The notes: generated by a model from the letters alone, not told the origin. Numbered from the stretch's first letter, positions 51,250-64,000 are shown. The stretch: DNA of 64,000 bases from Okamejei kenojei (GCA_035221665.1 JAVHYY010000112.1:310001-374000), one strand, 5' to 3'. A program made the numbers and translations.

Positions 51250-54200
51250 ACATAGACACATAGAAATTAGGTGCAGGATTACGCCGTTCGGCCTTTCGAG
51301 CCTGCACCGCCATTCAATATAATCATGGCTGATCATCCAACTCAGTATCCCGTACCTGCTTTCTCTCCATACCCCCTGATCCCCTTAACCACCAGGGCCA
51401 CATCTAACTCCCTCTCAAATATAGCCAATGAACTGGCCTCAACTACCCTATGTGCCAGAGAGTTCCAGAGACTCACCACTCTCTGGGTGAAAAAAGTATT
51501 TCTCATCTCGGTCTTAAAGGATTTCCCCCTGATCCTTAGACTGTGACTGGTCCTGGACTTCCCCAACATCGGGAACGATCTTCCTGCATCTAGCCTGTCC
51601 AACCCCTTAAGAATTTTGTAAGTTTCTATAAGATCCCCTTTGAATCTCCTATATTCTAGAGAGTATAAACCGAGTCTATCCAGTCTTTCTTCATAAGTCA
51701 GCCCTGACATCCCAGGAATCAGGCTGGTGAACCTTCTCTGCACTCCTTCTATGGCAATAATGACCTTCCTCAGATTTGGAGACCAGATCTGTGCACAATA
51801 CTCCAGGTGTGGTCTCACCACGGCCCTATACTACTGAAGTGAAACCTCCCTGCTCCTATACTCAAATCCTTTTGCTATGAAAGCTAATATTCGCTTTCTT
51901 CACTGCCTGCTGCACCTGCATGCTTACTTTCAATGACTGGTGTACCATGACACCCAGGTCTCGCTTCATCTCCCCTTTTCCTAATCGGCCACCATTTAGA
52001 TAATAGTCTGCTTTCCTGTTTTTGCCACCAAAGTGGCTAACCTCACATTTATCCACATTATACTGCATCTGCCAAACATTTGCCCAGCCTATCCAAGTCA
52101 CCTTGCAGTCTCCTAGCATCCTCCTCACAGCTAAAACTGCCCCCAGCTTAGTTTCATCCGCAAACCTGGAGATATTGCCTTCAATTCCCTCATCCGGATC
52201 ATTAATTTATATTGTAAATAGCTGGGGTCCCGCACTGAGCCTTGCGGTACCCCACTAGTCACTACCTGGCATTGTGAAAAGGACCGTTTACTCCTACTCT
52301 TTGCATCCTGTTTGCAACCAGTTCTCTATCCACATCAATGCTGAACCCCCAATGCCGTATGCTTTAAGATTGTATACTAATATCTTATGTGGGACCTTGT
52401 CGAAAGCCTTCTGGAAATCCAGATAAACCACATCCATTGGTTCTCCCCTATCCACGCTGCTCGTTACATCCTGGAAAAATTCCACAAAATTTGTCAGACA
52501 TGATTTACCTTTCGTAAATCCATGTTGACTTTGTCCAATGATTTCACCACTTTCCAAATGTGCTGCTATCCCATCTTTAATAACTGACTCTAGCAGTTTC
52601 CCCACTACCGATGTAAGACTAACTGGTCTGTAATTCCCAGTTTTCTCTCTCCCTCCCTTCTTAAAAGAGTGGTTACGTTTGCTACCCGCCAATCCTCAGG
52701 AACTACTCCAGAATCTAAAGAGTTTTGAAAGATTATCACTAATGCATCCACTATTTCAGGAGCTACTTCCTAAAGTACTCTGGGATGCAGCCTATCTGGC
52801 ACTGGGGATTTATCGGCCATTAATCCATTCAATTTACCCAGCACCACTTCCGGACTAACCTGGATTTCACTCAATTCCTCCTTTGATCCGCGGTCCCCTG
52901 CTATTTCCGGCAGATTATTTATGTCTTCCTGAGTGAAGACGGAACCAAAGTAGTTATTCAATTGGTCCGCCATGTCCTTGTTCCCCATGATCAACTCACT
53001 TGTTTCTGACTGCAAGGGACACTACATTTGTTTAACTAATCTCTTTCTCTACACATATCTACAAAAACCCTTTCAGTCAGTTTTTATGTTCCCTGCCAGT
53101 TTTTTTTTCACAATCTATTTTTCCTTTCCTAATTAAGCCCTTTGTCCTCCTCTGCTGGTCTCTGAATTTCTCCCAGTCCACTGGTATGCTGCTTTTTCTG
53201 GCTACTTTGTACGCATCATCCTTTTCTTTGATAGTATCCCTGATTTCCCTTGTTATCCACGGATGTACTACCTTCCCTGATTTATTATTTTGCCAAACTG
53301 GGATGAACAATTCTTGTAGTTCATCCATGCAGTCTTTAAATGTCTTCCATTGCATATCCACAGTCAACCCTTTTAGAATTAATTGCCAGTCAATCTTGGC
53401 CAATTCACCTCTCATACCCTCAAAGTTACCTTTCATTAAGTTCAGAACCATTGTTTCTGAATTAACAAAGTCATTCTGCATCCTAATGAAGAATTGGACC
53501 ATATTATGGTCACTCTTGCCCAGGGAGCACGTACAACAAGGCTGCTAACTAGCCCTTCCTCATTACTCAATACCCAGTCTAAAATAGCCTGCTCTCTCGT
53601 TGGTTCCTCTACATGTTGATTTAGATAACTATCCCGCATATATTCCAAACACTCCTCTTCCTCAGCACCCCTGTCAATTTGATTCACCCAATCTATATAT
53701 AGATTGAAGTCACCCATTATAACTGTTTTGCCTTTGTCGCACGAATTTCTAATTTCCTGTTTGATACCATCCCCAACTTCACTACTACCGTTAGGTGGCC
53801 TGTACACAGCACCCACCAGAGTTTTCTGCCCCTTAGTGTTTCCCAGCTCTACCCATACCGATTCCACATCCTCCAAGCTAATGTTCACCATTCCATTGCG
53901 TTAATCTCCTCTCTAACCAGCAACGCTACCCCACCTCCCTTTCCTTTCTCTCTATCCCTCCTGAATATTGAATATCCTTTGATGTTCAGCTCGCAGCCTT
54001 GGTCACCCTGGAGCCATGTCTCCGTGATCCCAACTCTATCATAATCATTAATAGCTATATGCACGTTCAACTCATCCACCTTATTACGAATACTCCTTGC
54101 ATTGAGACACAAAGCCATCAGGCTGGTTTTACAACGCTCTTACCCCTTGCACAATTATGTTGAAAAGTGGCGCCTTTTTGATATTTGCCCTGGTTTTGTC

Positions 54201-55640
54201 TGCCTGCCACTTTTGCTTTTCACCTTGCTCCTTATTGCTTCTACCCTCATTTTACACCCACCTGCCTCTCTGCTCTTGTACCCATACCCCTGCCACATTA
54301 GTTTAGATCCTCCCCGACAGCACTAGCAAACAATCCCCCAAGGACATTGGTTCCATTCCAGCCCAGGTGCAGACTGTCCTGTTTGTCCAGGTCCCACCTG
54401 CCCCAGGACTGGTTCCAGTGCCCTAAAAATTTGAATCCCCCCCTTGCACCATATTTCATGCCACGTATTCGTCCGCAATATCCTCCTATTTCTACTCTGA
54501 CTGGCCCGTGGTGCTGTTAGTTATGCAGAGATTATTACCTTTATGGTCCTACTTTTAATTTTATCTCCTAGCTCCCTAAATTCACCTTGTTGGACCTCAT
54601 CCCTTTTTTTTACCTATATCGTTGGTGCTAATATGCACCACTACAACTGGCTGTACACCCTCGCCCTCCAGAATGTCCTGCAGCCGCTCAGTAACATCCC
54701 TGACCCTTGCACCAGGGAGGCAACATACCATCCTGGAGTCTCGTTTGCGGCCGCAGAAACGATTATCTATTCTCCCGACAATTAAATCCCCTATTACAAT
54801 TGCCCTTCCCCCTTTTTTCCCGCCTCATGTGCTGCAGAGCCACCCATGCCGGGTTGCAGATCAGACTGCAACCCGGCATGGAGCCATGAACTTGGCTGCT
54901 GTTGCATTCCCCTGTTGCCATCTCCCTCAACATTATCCAAAATGGTATACCTGTTTAGGAGGGAGATGACCGCAGGGGACCCCTGCACTACCTGCCTACT
55001 GCTTTGCTGGCTATTGGCCACCCGATCCCTTTCTGTCCTCTTAGCTTTCACCGGTGGTGTGACCAACTCATTGTACGTGCTATCCGCGACATTCTCCGCA
55101 TTGTGAATGGTCCAGTATGAATCGAGCCGCAGTTCCAATCGTTCAATGCGGTCTGCAAGGAGCTGCAGCTGGACACACTTCCTGCAAATATAGTCACCAG
55201 GGACACCGACCATATCCCCGATCTCCCACATGTTACAGGCTGAACAAACCACGGGGCCAATCTCCACTGACATATCTTACTCCCGGATTACTCTGTATTA
55301 AATATATTTTTTAAAACACACAAAACTTTATCCTTAAACTTAACTAATAAATACTGAATCCTTAATTCCCAGAATCCTTAACTCCCAGAATCCTTAAACC
55401 TGAAGGCAGAAATGTAAAAATGTAAACCCCGGGTTGCACCCATTCAGCTGCTTCCTCTGGTCCTCTTCAACCAATCAGAGGCTTCCACCAGATTCTTGCA
55501 GATTTCTGTCTCACAGCGAAAAGCAAGCCCCGCGCTAGATTTATACTCACAGCGCAGGTAACTCCACCCTCTCGCACCGACGGCTCCCCGGGCCTCTGTG
55601 AAAAGCAAGCCCCGCGCTAGATAGATACTCACAGCGCAGG
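51250..55640 (-). mobile_element. near full-length decayed CR1 LINE
   Basis: ORF1 zinc finger CSAC...CRKC (55273-54794); endonuclease LNARSIRNK...GITETWL, VYRPP and MGDFN; RT YRPVSLTS and YLDFQKAFDKV; 3' UTR. A roughly 40-bp direct repeat lies in the 5' UTR (55519 and 55601). Confidence 0.95.
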
Positions 55641-55845
55641 CACAGCGCCCGAACTGACTCTGTCTGCTAGCACATTCGAGAGCATCAGTATGAGATCATG
55701 ATCACGGAAAATTCACTGTTTGTGGATTTCTGCAACGAAACGAATTTCAGATACCTCATCTCAGAAATCCCCATTGAAACTTTATACATCAGGTAATTTC
55801 CTCAGCTGTGCGCGGGTGAAACGCAAAGTTAGAATTATAAGGAAT

Positions 55846-55861
55846 GCTCGCCCTCTGTTGG
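55846..55861 (-). promoter_or_regulatory. candidate CTCF motif upstream of the V promoter
   Basis: Minus strand CCAACAGAGGGCGAG, about 190 bp upstream of the leader ATG. Confidence 0.5.
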
Positions 55862-56051
55862 TCCGTTATCGGAATGTCGCTTCACTCATCTCCGCCCTGC
55901 AACCGCAAGTTCCGCCTTCTCACGCAGTGTGCGATCAGTGTCATCTTATGACTGCCCCGCCCTTCTCTCGCTTTTGGTTCTGTCGCTCTGTGAACATGTC
56001 GTTCCTTTGTCTTTGGTAGACAGCTGGAGTCGGTCGCTCGGAGTGTTTAAA

Positions 56052-56565
56052 ATGATGAACAGTTACAGATTTGTATCTATTATTGTCGGACACTTCCTTC
56101 CGCTGTTCATTATCTTGACACTTCTCAGTAAGATATTTCTTGCACGTAAAAAATCTATCTTCCAATGAATGTTGTAACCCAATTGTTGATAGTGGAAGGT
56201 TAATGCCTATGCTGCTTCACGCAATGATATTAATTGGGCCATGTTCAATATTTTCTCTTAGATTCGAGCCATCAAAATACAGTGGAACAATCCGAAGCAG
56301 AAATTACGATTGAAGAGGGAAAGAATGTCACACTAACCTGTACTCTGAAAACCAGTGATACAACGCCGTATGTTTTCTGGTATAATCAGCGGCCAGCTCA
56401 CTCTCCACAGTACCTGCTTCAGGTTCTGGGAAATAAGATATTCAGGAACACGGACGTGACCGATCGCTTCTCTGCTAACTTTTATAAAACTGCGAAGATG
56501 ACTGAGTTCATAATACGCGACACCGTGATGTCTGATTCCGCCAAGTACATCTGCGCCATGAGTCG
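56052..56565 (+). CDS. TCR alpha/delta-type V gene segment, paralog of 49210 (leader 56052-56127, V exon 56262-56565)
   Basis: Leader MMNSYRFVSIIVGHFLPLFIILTLL ends at GTAAGA; V reads NSSHQNTVEQSEAEITIEEGKNVTLTC...VFWYNQ...DRFSA...DSAKYICAMS. Confidence 0.94.
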
Positions 56566-56604
56566 CACACTGTTGCAGAAATGCAGCAGGCTCGAACAAA
56601 AACC
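56566..56604 (+). other. 23-RSS
   Basis: CACACTG, 23 nt, ACAAAAACC. Confidence 0.94.
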
Positions 56605-56917
56605 CACCCTCTGTGATCGCCATGAGCGTTCGCCAGCGAGCGCTCTTAGACAAAACGGAGACATTTTGGAGAACTAGGAATGAAAGGCTGCTTGTTCGCT
56701 TGGAATAAAGTGTGACAAAGAATAGGGAGAATGGGATTGCTTTCAACATGTGAATTTGTGCGAACGCTGTTGTGCCCAATGTTCAAGATATTGATATTTC
56801 GATGTGGAAGTATACCAACTGACTAGAAAATATGTTTGCATTGACATTGGTTCAGTTGTTGATCTATGTAACGATTTTTACAGTCTTCCACGGACTCTTG
56901 TATATTTCGAAACCCGT

Positions 56918-57800
56918 CTTGGAACTTGGAACTTGGAACTTGGAAAACTTTATTGTCATTCAAACCTTGCCGTCTGAACGAAATTTCGTTGCCTGCAGTC
57001 ATACATATAGTACATAACAAAAACACACAATAAAAACATATTTAACATCCACCACAGTGAGTTCACCAGAAACCTCCTCACTGTGATGGAAGGCAAAAAT
57101 CTTGTCTTTGTCTCTTCCCTCCTTCCTCTTCCTCTTCCTCTGCGCTGAGGCGACCCGGGCCTCCGATGTTGTGACCGCACCGGGTGATGTAAATAAGTCC
57201 CGCGGGTGAGCCGTGCTCCGCGAGCGGCCCGGTTCAACTCCGCGGCCCGGGGCGGTCGAAGCTGCCGAAGTTGCCGCCCTCCAGTCCAGCGGACGCAGCT
57301 GTTCCCACGGCTGCTCCGGAAAGACAGGTCACCATCGTGTGACCTGCGAGCTCCCGACGATGTCGTCCACTCGGCCGGCGGCTGGCGGCCGGGCCTCCGA
57401 AGTCGCTGCAGCCGCCACCGCCACCTGAAAGCCGCCACAGCTCGGAGTCGGGCCGCCGGAACGCCGGAATGCCGGAACGCCGGAACCCGCCGCTGTCCCG
57501 AAGTCGGCCAGCCCCGCGCTGGTAAGTCCTGGCTGGCTCTACCTCCGGGTCGGTCGCAGTTAAAGTTGGAGGCCGCCAGTTCCTCGATAGGCCTCAGCGC
57601 AGACGGAGACGGAGACGGGGGATACGACAAGAAAAGTCGCGTTCCCCCAAAAGGAAGAGACTAAGAACGTTTCTCCCACCCCTCCCACACACATACACTA
57701 CATAATAACTCAAACTTACGCTAAAAACAAGACAAGAAACCAAGAAATAAAAAGAAAAACAGACGGACTGCAGGCGAGCCGCTGCTGCCAGGGCAGCGCC
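56918..57800 (-). mobile_element. GC-rich non-autonomous retroelement with (CCAAGTT)n tail
   Basis: CpG-rich body ending gaatgacaataaa plus a 7-mer tandem tail. Confidence 0.6.
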
Positions 57801-58846
57801 CCCACTCCCTCGTCTGCATGAATCGTGGAAGTAAGTACGTCAGTAAGCAGGGACATCGTGAGAGGTATATTGTATTTTGATCAACGCATTGTACCAGGAA
57901 TAGCGTTGAAGGATAAGACCAATCGCGAACTGACGACGGCAGCGAACGCAATTCACCAGAGTTCTATCTCAATTACACGGGTGACGCCTTCAAGACAATC
58001 CATAAGAGAACATGATCAACGGGAATGCTGCGCACCGCACCGGATGAAAAGTATCATCAATAAGGATGGGGAAACAGCTATTTAATATTTATTTATTTTG
58101 TATTATGGCGGTGGGTTATTTGTATTTTTGTGTGTACTTTTGAAAATGGTTATTAAAATTATTTTTGTCAATAAATAAAGAGACCACGATCGCGGGAAAA
58201 GTACGGTTTTGTCGATTTTTATGCCGAAACTGCAAATTTAGATGCATTCTCTCACAAATTGAGGAGGAAGCATTGAGGTGGATGCGATTTGGCCAATGAC
58301 AGCATTTGGGCAATGACTTCTGCGCTCACGTAATGATTCNNNNNNNNNNNNNNNNNNNNNNNNNNNNNNNNNNNNNNNNNNNNNNNNNNNNNNNNNNNNN
58401 NNNNNNNNNNNNNNNNNNNNNNNNNNNNNNNNNNNNNNNNNNNNNNNNNNNNNNNNNNNNNNNNNNNNNNNNNNNNNNNNNNNNNNNNNNNNNNNNNNNN
58501 NNNNNNNNNNNNNNNNNNNNNNNNNNNNNNNNNNNNTTGAAATGAATCAGAAACTCGTTGCTTCAAAGCCAAATAAAGGTGTCGATTAAATGCTCCTCTG
58601 ACCAACCACGCTCATATTTGTGGAAATTATGAACAGAGAAAGTCTAGTTGACGGAATTTTATTTCGCAACTTCCTTCCCCTAAGATATTATCTGTTTCCC
58701 CAAAGTTGCAACAGTTACTTCCAACAACATGATAATAATATTACAAACAATGACGCGCGATTGACCCGATCATCTTTAATTCTAATGTGGACTGAAAACA
58801 TCCTTTCCTTTATGAACCCTTCGCAAAATTGTATTTGTCTTGACTA

Positions 58847-60636
58847 TTATTTGAACCGTTGTCTAATTATGTTGAAAGGGTATTGAATAGTTGTCTTCAG
58901 CTGCTGTCTGAATTTAGTCTGAGTCCCCGCATAGATAAATGTGTTGGTGCAGGAACTGAGAAATTGCAACATATATCCGCCTTCTTGAAAGATGAACTTC
59001 GGGTCATTGGAATTAGAGGCGCTGACATAGGTATTCACTGTGATTTGCACAAATAGAAAATTTGCAACGTCCGTCGCCCAGAGCAGAATAAAACAGCCCG
59101 AGATGGCGAAGAGCAAAATTATGGACTTTCTCCTGCTCTGCATCTCTGGGTCACTCTGTTTCTCTCCGTTGTTCTTGACCCGAAGTCTACCACGGGCTCT
59201 GCTGGCAGCCAGGATGTATCTGACCGTCAGAACATTGAGTATCAAAATCAGGAGAAAAGGAACGCATGGGTTTAACATCCGGTGCGACCATTCATACACT
59301 CTCCAAGCGACGGAAGTATAAAATATGTCTTTTATGCTGCAGAACCAGGGCACTGTGTCGATAATGTACATCGGTTCAAATTCAAAATAAAACGGGACGT
59401 TTCTCAAACAGGCGAGGAAGCACACGGTTCCTATAACAACGGCCGCAGTTTTCTCGGTGCAATACCTCAGTTTCAGTTGTTGGCAGCAAATCGCTACAAA
59501 CCGATCGAAGGTGAAAGCGACCGTTAACCATACCGAAGCATCTTTAGAAGCGGAGCTGAGCGCAATGATCAGACTGCAACCCGGCGTGGTGGACAAGATA
59601 CTAACTGGGAAATAAATCGCCCGAAGACGGCTGAAAATCACAGCAGTGATGATGACCAGGAAATCCGTCACCGCCATGAATACCAGGTACCGAGTGATGC
59701 ATTTCGAGAGGCCACATTTTCCCTGGGACAGAATCGCAATCGTCAGGACGTTAGCTGAAAGGAAAAGAGTGGGATTATGTAAATAATATTTATCGGTGCC
59801 CGCTCCATAACTGTTTTTTGGGAGCTGACGTGCACTCCCATATTGTTGCTACGAATACAGAGCGTGAAGCGGTTATTGATTTGCTGGTTATCTGTTTCTG
59901 ATATCAAATGGCCACGCGAAACCGAGCTCTACGGTCGATCGCGTGCACTACGATGGACATGTTTTTCTAATTGTGTTTTGGACTGCATGGTTTTCCGCAG
60001 TCTTTTGCATTTCACTGCCTGGTATAATTTACGTGTTATGTATATTTGTGCGTTCTGCCTGTTATGCGGTGGCAAGCATGATTTTAATTATTCTACCAAT
60101 CTCGTCACACTTATGCAAACAGCGAACAAATTGACTTGACTTGTTTATCTTCATACACGACAAGGTTAATTTATAAGTGCATTTACTTACAAATTAACAT
60201 TGACAGGACAATTTTAAGCAAGGCAGTTAAGACATATTGGAACAGGAATGTGCAGTTTCATGAAATAAAGTTAAATCGACAATAAATTATATTTGCAACA
60301 AAACTAAGACATAAGGGTGTCTTCGAAACAACTGTGAAAAGAGGTTATGCCATAAAACAAATTATTGTAATAAACTAAAGACTAGATTTCATAAGTAACA
60401 TCCGTACAAAAGCTGCCTCATGTAAAATTCGCAGTTTTAAGAGCAACGATAAGGAACAAATTATGGAAAATTGTGGTGCAGAACCGAAGGCTAAGGCGGC
60501 CATAGCGTCACATATCAGATCATCATGGACACGGTTACGTATTTATCACCTCTTGTCAAGCTTTACCTGGCACACCGAAAACTGCAAGGATTGTATAATA
60601 AGTGGCGATGATTGGTCCGTTTCCAGGCGCGTGCAT
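58847..60636 (-). CDS. intact two-exon GPR139/GPR142-like class A GPCR, 325 aa (exon 1 60636-60567, exon 2 59754-58847)
   Basis: Exon 1 MHAPGNGPIIATYYTILAVFGVP ends at GTAAAG; after tttcAG comes ANVLTIAILSQGKCGLSKCITRYLVFMAVTD...FTFDRF...FILLWAT...SSCTNTFIY. Confidence 0.95.
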
Positions 60637-61159
60637 GTTCCTTGATTTCGATTGCGGAGCTGCATCAGCTAAATTAAACACGGGCACACGGATATTTATA
60701 TCTCATATCATCCTCTGTGGAGCAATTAGATTGCATCATCGTCAAACCTTCTTTTGTTATTCCGTTTGAAGACCAAACAATCAGTTTTACGAAGTTCTTC
60801 TTAGCGAGTCCACATCACAAGATTAGAAATGGTACAGCCAGGGCTGAACACACTTCTCGGCATCTGTATACTATGGCGTCTGTCTTGCGCTTCTTGTGCT
60901 TCTTGTGCGTGGTGGTGGACAGATTGGTGGAAACAGGGGCGCGACGTGAACGCCCTTTCCTTGACTCCATTTTTACGATTAATTAATGCAATTGTATACA
61001 CCTAATTCTACGAGCATTCTAGTCCCAGGTTGAATGGACGTCGCTGCTTAGATGCAATGTTAATAAAATGTAAGGTATATAAGGTATAAATAGTCATAAA
61101 GGCGAACAACGCGTAAACGGGGCCGTCGACCCAACGCGTCAATTCCGATCAAGTCACAG

Positions 61160-63490
61160 TCATGTCATAGAGTGATACAGCGTGGAAACAGGCCCTTCGT
61201 CACAGCTTGTCCATACCGGCCAACAATGCCCCATCTAAACTGGTCCCACATGCCACAGCTTTGTCCATATCCCTTCAAACCTGTCCTATCCATGTACCTG
61301 TCCAACTATTTCTTAAACGATGGGGTAGTCCCAACCTCAACTATCTCGTCTGGCAGCTTGTTCGATACACCCACCACCCTCTGTGTGAAAAAGTTACCCC
61401 TAGGATTGCTATTTAATCTTTTCCCCTTCACCTTGGTCCTATTTCCGCTGTTCCCCGATTCCCCCAGTCTGGACAGGATACTCTGTACATCTACCCGATC
61501 TATTCTTGTCATGATTTCGTATACCTCAATAAGATTATCCTCACCCTCCTGCTCTCCATGGAATAGGGACCTAGCCTACTCAACCTCTCCTTATAGCTCG
61601 CACCCTTTTGTCTTGGCAACATCCTTGTAAATCTTTTCTGAACCGTTTCAAGCTTGACAATATCTTTGCTGTAACATGGTGCCCAGAACTGAACACAATA
61701 TTCTAAATGCGGTTTCACCAACGTCTCATACAACTGCAACATGACCTCCCAACCTCCATACTCAATACTCTGACTGATGTAGGCTAAAGTGCCACCATTC
61801 TTCTTGACCAACTTATCTACATGCCAATTGACGTTCAAGGAACCATGTACTTGTCCTCCTTGATCCCACTGCTCTACCACACTACCCAGAGGCCTGCCAT
61901 TTGCTGTGTAGGTCCTGTCCCTGTTCGTCGTCCCAAAATGCAACATTTCACACTTCTCTGTATTACATTCCATCAACCTTTCCTCCGCCCACCTGGCCAA
62001 TCGATCCAGATGCTGCTGCAATATTTCACAACCATGTTCACTATCTGCAAAACCACTCACTTTTGTATCATTGGCAAACTTGCTAATATTTCCCTCTATG
62101 TTCTCATCCAAATCATTGATGTAGATGACAAACAGTAAAGGGCCCAGCACCGAACCCTGAGGCACACCATTAATCACAGTCTTCCAGTCCGAGAAGCTAT
62201 CTTCCACCATCGCCCTCTGCTTCTTTCCATGGAGCTAATTTATTGTCCATTCAGCTAGCTCTTCTTAGATCTATCCTTTCAGAGCAGCCTACTATGTGGA
62301 CCCTTGTCCAATGCTTTACTGAAATTCATATACACAACATCGACAGCACTACCGTCGTCAATCTTTTTGGTCACGTCTTCAAAACATCAATCAGATGTGT
62401 GAGACACAACCTCCCACGTACAAACCACCATGTTAAATATCCCTACTCAGCCCTTACCCATCCAATGCCTATATAACATATCGATCAGAATGCTATCTCG
62501 TAACTTTCCAACTACAGATGTTCAGCTCACCAGCCTATTGTTCGCAGCATTTCCCCTTCAACCCTTCTTGAAAAGAGCCACAACATCTGCCACCTCCTGT
62601 CTTCCGGCACCTCTACAGTATTTAAGGATGACTCGTCAATTTCAACCAGGGCTCCCGAAATGTCCTCCCTGGTTTCCTGCAATTTCCACGGATATATCTG
62701 ATCAGGCGCTGGAGATTGGGCTCCCTTCATACACGACAGTACGTTCAGTACTGCTTCGACGGTAACACTGAATGCTCTCAAGACACGTCCATTGACTGCC
62801 CCCAAATTCCTCGGCCTATTATATTTCTCGTCGGTAAATACAGAGGGGAAATACTCATTGAGGACTTTGTCGATCTCATGTGGCTCCACACAGCGATCAT
62901 CGCTTTGATTTTATGAGAGGTCCCACTCTCTCTCTAGTTAACATTTTCCCCCGTATGTGTTTATACAATATTTTGGTATTGTCCTTAATGCTTCTCACCA
63001 GAGCTATCTCCTGTTCCATTTCTGACCTTCTGATCTCCTTTTTTCAGTTTATTCCTTAGTTCCCGAAAGTCCTCCAAGGGCCCACATCATCCCTGCTGTC
63101 TATACCTGTGCCATGCATCCTTCTTGTTCTTGACCAACGCCTAAATTTCCCTCGTCAGCAAAGCCTCCTTACGTTTGCCTGATGTGCCCTTCACTCTAAC
63201 GGGGACGTATATATCATAAACTTTCGTCTGCACACCTTTAAAAACATCCCGCTTGGCCGATGTTCCATTCCCCCAAATAACATGCTCCAGTCAACTCCAA
63301 GTATGCTTTGTTCAAGTTTTGTTAAAGGTTGTAGTTGCTCTAGTTCGCCCAGCAACCCTTGTGAGCTGGTTCCATGAACCAATAGCCCGCTGTTTGCAAA
63401 GGTTGCCCTCCGATGCATTTTATAACATTCCCTTTCCACCATTATCTCTCACCTCTTGTCTTCGGCACTCTACTCTTGTACAAATTATAT
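61160..63490 (-). mobile_element. 5'-truncated CR1 LINE (second subfamily)
   Basis: GVPQGSVLGP, KFANDTKV, HLEYCVQFW and FFTQRVV. Confidence 0.92.
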
Positions 63491-63649
63491 GATCGTCCAC
63501 ATTAACTGAGTTTGAAAATGGCCATCTATTCAAAAGGGTTTAGCAATCGGGTAGCAAAGGTGACAGCCCAAGGAGGTTGTTCGTAAATATATTTAATTAT
63601 TTTCGCCATAGCTCTGGTTAAATAAAAACATACAATCTTCATTATGAAT

Positions 63650-64000
63650 GATGAATGAATGAATACGTTTATTGGCCAAGTATCCATTCAAGGAATTTGC
63701 CTTGGTGCTCCGCCCGCAAGTAATAAATCCATATAGTGAGAGTTAGGAATGACACATAAATATTAAACATTAATAATAAAACAATATCGATTATACATGT
63801 TAATTAAATAATATACCAGAGCAAAATGATTATTCAGTAGAGCTATTACTCGTAGAAAAAAGCTGTTTTTATGTGTTGCTGTGCCAGCTTTGACATTCCG
63901 GAGTCGCCTTCCAGAGAGAAGTGAATCGTAGAGGTTGTGGCCAGGATGAGAGGGGTCAGAGATGACCTTATCCGCTTGTTTCCGTGCCCTTGCCGTGTAG
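63650..64000 (-). mobile_element. Rex1-like LINE 3' end, cut at the window edge
   Basis: Minus strand SDPSHPGHNLYDSLLSGRRLRNVKAGTATHKNSFF, with an (ATTC)n tail. Confidence 0.6.

Noticed and set aside
56956-57664. Long Arg/Pro/Gly-rich ORFs on both strands
   Set aside because: By-products of a GC-rich repeat; no domain motifs.

Overview
Vertebrate genomic DNA, most likely a cartilaginous fish (inferred from the HE1-type SINEs, CR1 and Penelope repeats and the GPCR family). The window is part of an antigen-receptor V-segment array of T-cell receptor alpha/delta type. It holds six V segments in mixed orientation: three intact leader+V+23-RSS genes (4428, 49210, 56052), one leader+V cut off at the window edge, one open V with an RSS but no clean leader, and one pseudogene. 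They are interleaved with a cluster of two-exon GPR139/GPR142-like class A GPCR genes: two intact, one with a single frameshift, two decayed, plus a paralogous flank from which the receptor exon appears deleted. Mobile DNA includes a full-length decayed L1 with a 16-bp TSD, a DIRS-type element with intact inverted termini and internal complementary region, several CR1 LINEs, Penelope fragments with hammerhead-ribozyme core motifs, SINEs and two tRNA-Thr(CGT) pseudocopies. There are five N-gaps. All calls are by eye, with no database searches; repeat boundaries are approximate.
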